From positions 46,376,001 to 46,440,000 of the forward strand of contig NC_135673.1 of the NCBI RefSeq assembly GCF_964188315.1: a stretch of 64,000 nt of DNA. The letters are read 5' to 3'. Positions 22,001 through 33,800 of this stretch are shown in pieces; position 1 is the stretch's first letter; every line of letters starts with the position of its first letter. A program made the position numbers and the translations under genes. This DNA comes from Podarcis muralis (Eukaryota). The notes under the pieces are model-generated. The model ran no database searches. It saw nothing but the letters and a program-made list of their open reading frames with translations, and was not told the origin of the DNA.

Positions 22001-25000
22001 ATGCTGTCTTTGTTGTCTTTGTCTATTTGCACATTCTCTTGAAGAACACAAGGCTGTCTCGGTCCCACTGCAGAGGATCCTGCACCTGAATCTCTGCTAC
22101 TTTCACTTTGCTGGATTGCTGCACAACAGGACAGAAAATGGGTAGCCATAATAAAGTTACCCAAGCCTGTTTTATCCCCCAGGTCACCTGCAAATGGCTC
22201 CAAGGATATTGCTCTCCTTTGAGTAGTTTTGTCATCCTTCAGAAGGTGGCTAAATTGCAGTTCAAATAAGAACCTCAAAAGCATTTTGCATTTGAACAAA
22301 GTCAGCCACTGGAAAAGTTAGTGCCATATGATAAACTAGACTAGAGGAAGCTTTTGCAGTCTGGGGTCCCCCATTCTCACATGGAATCTTCCATTCATGT
22401 GTACTATATTTCCGCCATCCTCAGCTTTCCTTTCTCAGCATTTAACAGCTAGGCATCTCCGATAATCATTTGCTCTACTGCAGAGGCAGTAAACTTTTAA
22501 GTCAAAAGTTTGATTCCCCCGAGAGAAACTGGTGGGGAAGAGTCTACTGACAATGGGGAGGAGCCAAAGCTGAAATCGGAAGAGTCTTCATCTGCATGCT
22601 CTCCCCTGCTTCCAATCATTCACACATCCCTATGGCCCCTTGAATACTTATTCTCCCCATCCACACATAGTCATTTCAGTCACCATTCATCTTATCTCTA
22701 CCCTCCCCATCCCCACTGCATGACAATTGGTCTTAGAAAAGAAATGTCACAAATGGGACCCTTTTTTAAGCCAAGTTGTCATGCAGGGAGCACAATTTTA
22801 AGGCTCTGCAGCATGTGGAGATGGGAGCATTACTCCACCCCTCCTTACATTCTAGCCCCCACCCCAAAGAAGCCCCCCCCCATGTGTTCTAGAGTGGTTT
22901 TCCCCTAATCCTGCATTAGGACGAGAGGGCTGCTACCCCCTACTGCCAAAGAAAAAAACCTCTACCCCATCAGCATAGCAATTAGGCTTAGAGGGGGAGA
23001 GGTTAATAACCACACAGGGGTACAGAAGAGGAGATGGGGAGTGGGCAGATCCAAAAGGCTCTGTGGATTGGCTAGGAACATCTTGCCCCTGGTTTAAGCA
23101 AGCTAGGAAGAGAAAAGAAGTGAGGAGTCTTGGCTTAAGATGCTTCCTCACTAACCACAAACTTCAACCAAGGACAAACTCTGGCAACAGCTTGTGGTCA
23201 GTTTGCATGGTCCTGGTAAGCCACAGCAACTGAAAGGAATGTACATTTGCCTGAATTCACAAGCGTTTGCTTCTTGCTAATAGCCAAAGGACCACAGCAC
23301 AATGGCAGAGCACCTGCTTTGCACGCAGAAGGTCCCAGGTCCAATCCCTGGCTGATCTGGAGCCCTTGAAACCACTGCCAGCCAGTGTAGGCAACCATGA
23401 GTTAGATGGAGCAATGGTTTAACTCAGCGCAAGGCAGTTTGCTATGTAAAGAGTGAAAACTTACGTGTGAAAGTGTCATCGTCTTCCTTGCCACTGCTGT
23501 CACTCTCCTCGTTATCTGACAGGGTCACGTCTTCATAATGCATGCTGGCCTGAGGCTGCTGCACTGAACCTTCTTCCTTTTCACCCAGGTCTCTGTTTTC
23601 ACCTTCCACTTTCTGTCACGATGGAACAACCAATGGTAGAAAGGAGGTTGCAGAGAATTTCCTGGCACATGCAGAAGGTAGCTAGCTAGCTGCTCTCTAA
23701 AAATGGCCCTGGCAAACTGAAGTGGTTTCAGAAATAAACCCAAGTGCCTGCATCACCAGCCGCACTAGTACTTGCTTCTGCAGTATTTTGCAGCAAGCAG
23801 ATGATTTGCAACCACCTTGCACACAAGGTTGCTCTACTCATCTATACTCACAACAACCTTGCAGAGTGAGTGAGGCAGAGTCAATGATTTGCCCAAAGTC
23901 AGTGGGAATCTGAGCCTCCAGCAGTGAATAAAATAATGAAACATCACATGATGTTAAAAGCTGTGGAACAGAACACTTCTGTTATGGGCAAGACGGAGGG
24001 CAAGAATCAGAGTAGGCAATGCTGCCTGCTAAAGTAGCCAGGAAGGGCCTAGCTGACCAATGGGCTCTTTCCCAGCCAGATGGTCTCCCAGTGCTACTAG
24101 GCCCAGCATGGAGGTGTGGCTCAGAAATCTAATAAAGCAGAACAACATAGGCAGGGTTGAGTCAGAAAGAAGCACATACATTATCCCTGCTGCAGCCACC
24201 ACCCCAAACTGCAGCCACAGGCCTTGATGCCAGAAGAGGGTCCCTGAAAAGAGAGCTTTGGCAAGAAGCCTCACCTGGGGCATACAGGGCTGAGAGATGG
24301 TTGGGCCAAAGCTCTCCAGGTCTGCCTCCTCTAAGACTGCTTTGTTAACAGCAGAGATATCCTTCTCAAGCTGGGTCAAGTGCTCATCATACTGAAGAAG
24401 CAGAAAGACAGAGAAAGCAAGTGTTTGCTGAAGAATTGAAAATGGTCCTTGGCAGCATTGGCTTGCTGGGCCACCTACCTCTCCTAGTGCCTTGTAACAG
24501 ATGTCCACCATCTCTTCAGCTGTTTTTGTGTTCTGGCTGTCAGGACCTGAATTGGAAATACAAACAAACAAACCACATCTCCTTAATGCTGCTCCTTAAG
24601 ACCTGAGCACACAAGAAAGCCACAGGAATAAGCAACCCACTTCCAAGTGGTCATCTTCAGGGCCAAGTTCCATGCTTCCTTGTGATATGCACCCAGAGCT
24701 TTCCAAAGCTTTGCCAAGTTCACTGGTGGCAACCAAATGTGGTATTCTTCAAAGGCTCTCGTCCCTGCAGAACTCCTTAAGGTTTCCCTTAAGCTCTGAC
24801 CATGTAAGACTCCTGAACCTCCCCTCCCCCAAGCACATTTTAAGAGGCCCTGAGATTTTAATCAAAACCAATACTCTAGTCCATGAGCAGGTAATCTTTC
24901 AAGGCCTGTCTACCAATTCCCGCTCCCCAGGGCCATATGCCTGCAGTGGAAGTGAGCATTGCACACTCTCAACATGCACACCAGACATTCAGTCCCTCCT

Positions 25001-28000
25001 CAGCTAATCAACACAAACCAGCTAGCTTGAGGAGAGGACCCCCCCCCCTTTCCACCCAATCAAATGATCTATCTGATAATGTGGGAAAGAGTAGGTTGCA
25101 TGTCCACCAGGGAGCTAGACTCAGTGGAGAGAATTAAAAGCTCTCTGGCTTTCTCAGCGCGGTGACTGCCCCTTTGCTACCAAAATTGGTGGGATCTTGG
25201 GGGACAGAAAAAATTGCTGGGTGGGGAGGACAGATTAGAAGCCCCAGACTGGGGATTAACCAGCCCTCCTCTATTCTGTTCATGCCTGCTCACAAAGCAG
25301 TATTGGACCCCAAGAGCTGAAGAAGCTTAACAGAAAAGTCCCCAGAAGAAGCAATTTTCATCAAGGGAACTAGCCACATTTTGGAAAAGCATACATTAAT
25401 GTCTTAATGAGTAGATGTGAAGTCACATTCAGGTCTTGTCCTTATTGCTGGCATCTGTCTGTCTCAAGAGACGATGGGGTATGCCTCCGGGGATAAAGAC
25501 AAACTGCTTCATTAGCAGCATCAAAGTGACCTCCCTGGAGAGCAAGCCTGGGCAGTGTGTCTGGAGGTCCTGGGCTACCCAGTTGGCAAGACCTCTCTCT
25601 CAGCCTCGCTGATGTGGTCCAAAGGAAAGCAGAGCAAGATGTTTGGCACCAGCTGGGCTGCAGGAGTTGCCAGAAGGAGGCTTACAAGATGCCATCTAAC
25701 TGCCATCCAGATTTGTGTAGGGTTTACTCCTTAGCCTTTTCTTCTTGCAAAGGTGCCCCACAAAGCCCTGATAACTCTCTGTAAATGTGAGTCAAAGGGC
25801 TGCAGACATGGCAAGGAGCCAAGAGGGTCTCTTACCATTGTATTTAATGCTGTTGGCAAGGATCAGTTTCACGTCATCCATAAAGACTTCTCGGTTCTGG
25901 TATTTATGTCTGGAGATGTTCTAGAATGAATGAATAGGAGACAAGATGGGAATGTGAAGCCTTAAATATGAATTCTTGATTCTGGCATACAAAAAGTCTG
26001 AAGTGGATCCTTTACGAGGACCCTTTCTTCCTTACACTTCACTAATATTTTGGAGTGTCCTGGTGATTCCTTTCACATATAGAACTGCTTCTCCCCATCA
26101 CAACCTCCCTGGTTGCTCAACATGACCCAAGCCAGAGTTACAAAATACAGCACATGTCTTTGAGTTATTTATTTTCCCCATGACTTTTTGGCCTCCAAGT
26201 CAACAGCTGGTGGCTGAGATTAGGCAAGCAGAATTTCTTCACCCTCAGCCCACATTTCCATATTCCAATTCTATTCCTGGTATTTTATCTGGGATTTAAC
26301 ATGCTGCCATCAACCTTGGGCCTTTTCTGCCAAGGCTTCTTCTATTTCATTTAACTAAATGTATACATTGCCTGATTGTAAGAAAACCTTGAAGCAGTTT
26401 ACAAAAGACAGTTCTGAGAAGCTGCAACATAAACCAACAACAGCTGCACCCTTCAAAGTTTGCACCTTGCTGATAGTCCTCAGGTCCATCGGGCTGACAA
26501 TGACTTTGTAATATTTTGGCACGCGTCTCCTGTTTACAGGACGGAAAAAGAGCCTGGCCTGCAAGCAAAAAGAGGGTAAAAAGATAATGAGCAAGCAAGT
26601 CTTGCACGGTGAATTGCATGCTGGATCCAGTATCTGCATAAGACACTGAAAAGCTTTTGTACAACATCAAGCTGAATCTAGAGGGAACATCCCATTATCT
26701 GCCAACAAATCCTAAGTCCTCTGGAGGTGCCTGGATTCTACTATAGCATTTTCGTCAAACCCAAAGTAAGGTACTCCAGAGCCAGATAATTTTGGAGCTG
26801 TGCAGCATCAGCATTTGTTAAATGCAGTGCTGCTCAAATACAGCTCAGGAAGCATATACAGTGGTACCTTGGGTTACAGGCGCTTCAGGTTACAGACTCC
26901 GCTAACCTGGAAGTAGTACCTCGGGTTAAGAACTTTGCTTCAGGATGAGAACAGAAATCGCACAGCGGCAGGCCCCATTAGCTACAGTGGTACCTCAGGT
27001 TAAGAACGGTTTCAGGTTAAGAACGGACCTCCAGAACTAATTAAGTTCTTAACCCGAGGTACCACTGTAGTCCCACCATCCTGCTTGCACAGCAGCCAAG
27101 TGGAGGCCAGTGGAAGGCCCCAAAGGAAGACATGAGTGTAACAGAAACGATCCCCACTTGTGATTCCCAGCAACTGGTATTTAGAAGTGGAGGTAGAACA
27201 TAGTCATCGTGGCTAGAAGTCACTGGTAGCTTTGTCCTCCAAGCACAAGGCTACTGTGACGGTCCCCTTTTCCACAAGCTCTTTTCCATCGCCACCAATT
27301 GCTAAGGGCAGACATACATGAGGAACAGCCTTTATCTTCTGGGATACAATCTTGTCCAGAATATAGGAGAAGGTCGCTTGATGAACATCATCCAGAAGGC
27401 GATTAATTGCCTTTTCCAAACGAGCCAGTTTATCTTCCTTCTGAAAGGACACCGAGGTACAGAAACACACTCAGCTCCAGAGCAACTCCTTTATAGCAAC
27501 CCACTTTTTGCTGAACACTGCTCAATGGCAGAGCACCTGCTTTGCATGCAGAAGGCCCTGGGTTCAATCCTTGGCATTTCCAGGTAGAGCTGTGAATGCT
27601 TCCTACCCGATACCCTGGAGAGCTAAATGAGTTAAGATGGAACAATGGCCTGCCTCAGTATGGGGTGGTTTTCTATGTGCCTACTGTATTTTTATTGCTT
27701 ATGTAATTTCAAGAATATATTTCAACATCTTCTGTTCCTATCCAATTACCGGTAGTTCAGGTTTTAAAACAGAAGGCATTCACACATATCCCATCTTTAT
27801 TCATAAGGAAAGTCAGCTACAACTCAAAATCTCCAGCAATTTGGGCTGGTTTTGTCACATGCAACATGGCCCATAAAAGAAGCTTATTGTTCACATTCTC
27901 TCAGTTACCTGGAACTGTCTTTTTTCATTTTCACTAATACCACTATTATTAAAAAGCACTACATTCCAGTTTTAAAAATTTTTATAGTTAAAATAAGCTG

Positions 28001-29863
28001 TAGACAAACAAGATCATGTTTTACCATTAAATAAATTGGTGTCCTTTTTGGAGAAATGTTTTTTTTCAACAACCAAAAGTTTTGTTGTTTGTGTTCATAT
28101 TTTGTGTGTGATTCTGATTCTGATTCTGTCCTTCCAGCAATAAGTTTTGTTTAATTAGATAATGACCATGGAATCTTTCTCACCCACAGCTAATACAACA
28201 TTCACAATCTGTTTGGAAATCTATGCTGCACTTTCAAATTCAGTAACTTTCAGTTAAAATCCAGAAACCAAAATTAGTATTGGATAGTAAAGTCACCATT
28301 CGAACTCTACCACTAAAAACTATTAAATCAAGAGAGCAGGTCCTATGCTCAGCTCCTAATGCAAGCATCCAACAAACCACTCTGGCTGCCTTTAGTCCTT
28401 TCAAGAGAGATCTCCCTTCAGTCCAGAATCACCAAACTGTTTATGCAAACAGCTCAGCCCTAAAAGTACCCTAAGTGGCTAAGCAACGCCCTTACCTCCA
28501 AGCCACAAGCAACCCCTCCCTCCACAATCTGACTTGCCTCTTTCAATTTTTGATCACCGAAGTCCAGCATTGACTGAGCAATCTGAGTCAACTTGTGCTC
28601 TGGCCCTGCAAACACAACAGCAGAAACCTTTATTGTGGGATGGTGTTGTTGTGAGCTGTCTTGACAAAAGGCAAGTTACACATTTAAGATTACATGTGGT
28701 TAAGTTGGTCCCGTTCCCCAGTGGTATGGAGAGCTAACTTGGAGACTCATCAGAAGTCTCAGAGAGCACACACTTGATTTTACATCCAACTGGTGTCCTC
28801 CAGATGTTTTAGACAGAAATTCCCATCAGCCCAAGTCAACAAAGTCACACTGAAGTTGCAGTCCAAAACATCTGATGGGCATCAGATTGGCAAAGGCTGC
28901 TCCACGGTGTGACGGCAATTGAGAAGCAGCCAGCAAAGCAATGCTTTTATTTTGCTCCATTCCCACTGTCCCCAAGCTGCTGGGAGATCATGGCCCCAGA
29001 GGAAAGGAGCAGGTATCACAACTCTTCCTTGGTAGTCCAGAAGGACTAGTTCTAACTGAAATCACTCAAGATAGATGAGGTTTTTTCTTAGCAGGTCCAG
29101 TTGAGAAATCAGACAAGGGAAAGAGAAGCAGTCACACTGAGAGCAAAAGAAACCAGGAAATTACAAAGGGGAGCATGCAGGCAACTTACAAATATATAAG
29201 GCCATCCGTCAGAGAAATAACTGGACACCTAGTGAAGACAGGACGATCACCAGAAGGTTTAAAGAAGAAAGTAGGCCACAGTGTAAAGTAGGTGAGCATC
29301 AGAAGGAAATTCCCCAGCACAAGGTAGCCTTACAGAGCTATGCAGAGATGGCGAAATTTACTGGAAGAATAAAAGATCAAGATGAGAGACCTTTTTTTTA
29401 ACAGAATGGGGGTAGATTGTTGAATATATGAAGACAAATTGTAAACAATTAAAAACTTCAGCAGGGTTGATGTAAACACGAGCAGTAAAAAATAACTTAT
29501 AGAGAGGAAAAAGATAAAATTTATAAATAGGCTGGAATTGGTTATGCAGTAAGTCTGTGACATGAAATAAGGAGCAGTAGAGAGGAGGGGAGGGAAGTCG
29601 AAGAAAACGTTGATTTTTGTTTATGTTTAACTTTTTTTGTTAGAAACATTGTAAAATGAAAAATTGGAAAAATAAAATATTGGAGGTTTTGTTTTTTTAA
29701 AAAGATCAATACTTAAAAGCCGCCCTTTGCCTAGCCCATTCCTCCTCTTCCCTTAACATCCTCAGAAAGAGCACCAGGTCACTGCCCCAGTTGCCGTAAC
29801 CTGTTTTTTGAGGCTGGGACACTTTGCACAAGGAGGGAAGAAAGAGCAGAAGAGAAACAGTTC

Positions 29864-29910
<47 letters not shown>

Positions 29911-30836
29911 GAAAATAAACTCTCACCATTGAATGTGGCACTGTTCTTCACAATCAGCTCCAGGTGCTCTCGGAATTCTTTGCTTGATTTGTAAGAGAGC
30001 TTATGGACATTCTGGCGCAGGGTGTACAGGTCCATTGGTCGGCTGATGATCTTGCGATAATTTCTGACACCCCTCCTGCTAACAGGCTTGTGGAAGTAAC
30101 ATGTCTGGCAGAGGTAAACCGGGAAAGAATGTGAGCATCCCTTTTATTTCTTAATATACCACCCTCCCTTAAGTTACCAGGGATGGATACAACAACATGA
30201 AAAAAAACATTTTTTTAAGACAAACAAACAAACCCAGATAAAGCCATTTCTTTGTTCACCTGCCAAGGAGAGAGGGCAGATAATGAAACCCGTCTCCCTC
30301 AAAAGGGCCACTGGAGCCATTTCAAGGAAGGGGAGTCCACAACCTCTCGAGGGAGTCTGTTCCACTGTCAAGTAGCTCTTGACTGTCAGAAAGTCTTCCG
30401 GTATATTTAGTCAGAATCTCCTTTCCTGCAACTTGAAGCCATTGGTTCAAGCCTTGCCTTCCAGAGCAAGAGAAAACAAGCTTGCACCCTCCTCCATGTG
30501 ACAGCCCTTCAGATATCTCCTCTCAGTCTCCTCTTTTCCAGGCTAAACATGCCCAACTCCTGTTAGTATTTCATTCAGCCGATGCTGCAAAACGTGACTG
30601 GTGTAAATCACATGCCTGTCTGAGAAGACTGTGGAAACGGAAGACAGCCTGACCTCTCTTCCGTTGTATGTACTTTGTAATGTACTTTCACAATTAATAT
30701 TTTAATGTTTCAATATTTTAATGTTGTATTTTAATTTTGTTTTTAAGTTGTAATCATTCAACTTGTTTTTATTATTGCTTGTAAGCCGCTCTGAGCCTGG
30801 CTTTGGCTGGGGAGGGCGGGCAGGGTATAAATAAAA

Positions 30837-30881
<45 letters not shown>

Positions 30882-33800
30882 TTGGTTGTTCTCTCGGAGC
30901 TGTAGAGAATGGTCACCATTATATTGTAGTCTGTATATAGTATGTAAATAAATAGTAGCTTAGATCTACAATGTCTCACTCTTCTTGTTGTGCTATGCCA
31001 GAAGATTAGTGTGCATATATCAAGCTGATATATGTCACTGAGCGCCCTGGAGAGGAAGGGAGATGCCTTTTCCAGTGCTGCACACACTGGAGGATGTTCG
31101 GAGTTCCGGGGGTTAGCAGGTGACCCCAGCCGCACTGGACCAGGCCCATCTTTTTAGGCAACTGTGGTGTGCTTGCTGCAGGAAGGCAGGATATAAAGCA
31201 TTATGTTTCCCCCTATGCTCAGCCAGGAAGGCAACTGACGTCCAGAGGTAGACTTAACCACCTCTTCTTTAATTATTATTGCATTTATACACCACCTTTT
31301 TGCCAAGGCATCCAAGGCGGCCCAGGGTTTAAAATATGAACGCAGTTAACACCAACAAATGGCACAAAATCTTATCAGGCCAATTTCAGGGGCTGATGGC
31401 ACTAGCTCCCTGGCCTGGGCTTCTCCTCTTCTGGCCTGATTTGCAGCCACTGGTTGACCTCTCTCCCTTTTCCTCCATGAGAATTTTTCTGATCCCCTTT
31501 GAAAGCTGCTGACACCAATAATACATTTCAATGTATGATTCTGATACACAGCACTTTTCATACACCCCACTAAACAGAATGTGAGCTGTCGAAGACTGAG
31601 CCCACAACTCACGGAGTAGAGCTTGGCAGGAGGTGGAGAGGCAACATCCTCGAAATAGCAGAAAGATTGCCCTCAAATGCTCAATGCTGATATGAGACAA
31701 GAATTTCTCAAGGAACTAGCTCTCCTGATATATGGATAGGATAATGCCCCCTTGTCTTTGCGCATGACATAGAGCCAGAAGAGGCAAAATCAAACCTCAC
31801 AGGTGAAAAGGTCTTACATTTGGAAGTTCTTGCATTTCGTTGATAATGCCTTCCAGGATATAAGACAGTATCTCTATGGGGGGTGTGCTCCCCTGGTGGC
31901 TGGACTTCTGAGGCTGCTGAAAGAGAGAGAAGTGGGACGTTAAAGGCACTTCCAAAGTTTATGTATGATGGACTTTTGGGGATCTTGACAAAGGGCACCT
32001 CAAAGCATCTAATTGGTCTCTACTTTTTTGGGGAGGAGTTGCCCTTTGGCTGTTCCTGGTCTATAGTGAACCAGCCCTGGCTGAGGCTTAGAATAAGCAC
32101 TTGCTGTTGCCACCATTTCCAAGATGGATAGTGGGCAAGGGCAAGGGGTGGGGTGGGGGCAATGAAAGCAACACAAGGACTCACGTTTAAGGAGCTACAA
32201 GCAGCCGTGGTTCCAGAGCCCTGTTCCTTCTTTTGCAGAAACTGTTCTTTTCTGAACTTCAGGACTAAAGACTTCTTGCGAACTTCATTCGCGCTGCAAG
32301 GAGAGAGAGGGAGGAGAAACACGCTGCAGTTTCCACCACCTCTCCCTCCAGTGGGCCCAGCTGCCCCTCTGGGAGGGACTGATTAAACCATAAAGAGCAC
32401 AATATGAAGCCCATTTGCTCTTTTATTGGGTCTAGTCTGGGGTAACTGGAGCTGTAAGTTGAAGAACTTTAACCCCCATCAGCCCACACAGCAGCCTGCT
32501 GCTTCATTTAGATTCAGTGGTACTACCTGTCCTACACTGTACACCAGACAGTTGCTGCTCCTGTGGATAATAGTAAATGGTATTTAGCAACTTGTTATGA
32601 ACTGTTGTGTTCTTATTTTTTAAGGCTTGTGTGATTTTACGGTGTTATGGGTTTATTTGATCTTCCTGTAAAATTCATTGTGGCTTGTGCAATGGCTGGT
32701 ATATAAACCAATGACCCCAATGACTTGAAACCGTCTTGGTTGCGGGACCTCTTTTTGGGAACAGCCTCACCAAGCACATCAAAGAGGCATATTTGCTGAT
32801 GTAAGCACTTTAGGTAAAAATGTTTCTTTTCTGCAAGGTTTTTGGCTGATGGGGCCATGCAATTGTGTCGTTCTTTATCTCCTTGACATCTGTTGGGAGG
32901 GCATTCCACAGGGTGGGCACCACTGTCAAGAATGGTTCCCTTCTTGTAGTGAGGGAACCAGCAGAAGACCCTCAAAGCTGGACCTCAGTGTCAGAGCTGA
33001 CGATGGGGATAGAGACGCCCCTTCAGGTATACTGGACCGAGGCCTGTATACCTTTAGGGCTTTAAAGGTCAGCACCAACACTTTGAATTGTGCTCAGAAA
33101 TGCACTGGGAGCCAGTATAGATTGTTTAGGACTGGTGTTACATGGTCCCGGCAGCCACTCCCAGTCACCAATCTACTGCTGCATTCTGATTAGTTGTGGT
33201 TTCTGAGTCACCTTCAAAGGTAGTCCTGCACAGACCTATGCCAGTCTGTGAGAAAGACTGGAGTATTGGGCACTTACTACCAGATATGTGTGGGAGTCAT
33301 CCAGAAGACAATCAGTTAATACAGGTGCTGGATTTTCTCTCCGTTTTGGAATACGTGGCCCTGTCTGGCCCGGGCAATGACAAGGTGTTCACCCACTGCC
33401 ACATGTGGATGACTTCCACACGTCCACAGGAAGGGATTTCAACTCTTCCACCTTGTTCTGGACTTCTTAATTTAGAGGAAAGTGAGCAAGAGATCACATG
33501 ATGTAAGTTTATAGCATTATGCATTGAATGGGGAAAGTGGATGGGGAAAGTTTCTCTCTCTCTCATAACGCTAGAACTTGTGGTCGTCCAATGACATTTG
33601 AATGTTTGGAGATCCAAGACGGATTAAAAATAAGTACTTCTTCATGAAACACATGGTTAAACTGTGGAACTCACTCCCACAGGAGGATGGCCACCATCCT
33701 GGATGGCTTTAAAAGTGGACAAATGCAGGAAAGGCAATACTGTCAATGGCAGCAACGTTTCTGAATACCAGTTGCTGGACACCACCGGAGGAAGAGTGCT

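Noticed and set aside
23300-23450. tRNA-Ala-like genes (and similar hits at 7855, 27520, 58390, 61075)
   Set aside because: These are degenerate SINE heads continuing into a shared SINE body, not complete cloverleaves.
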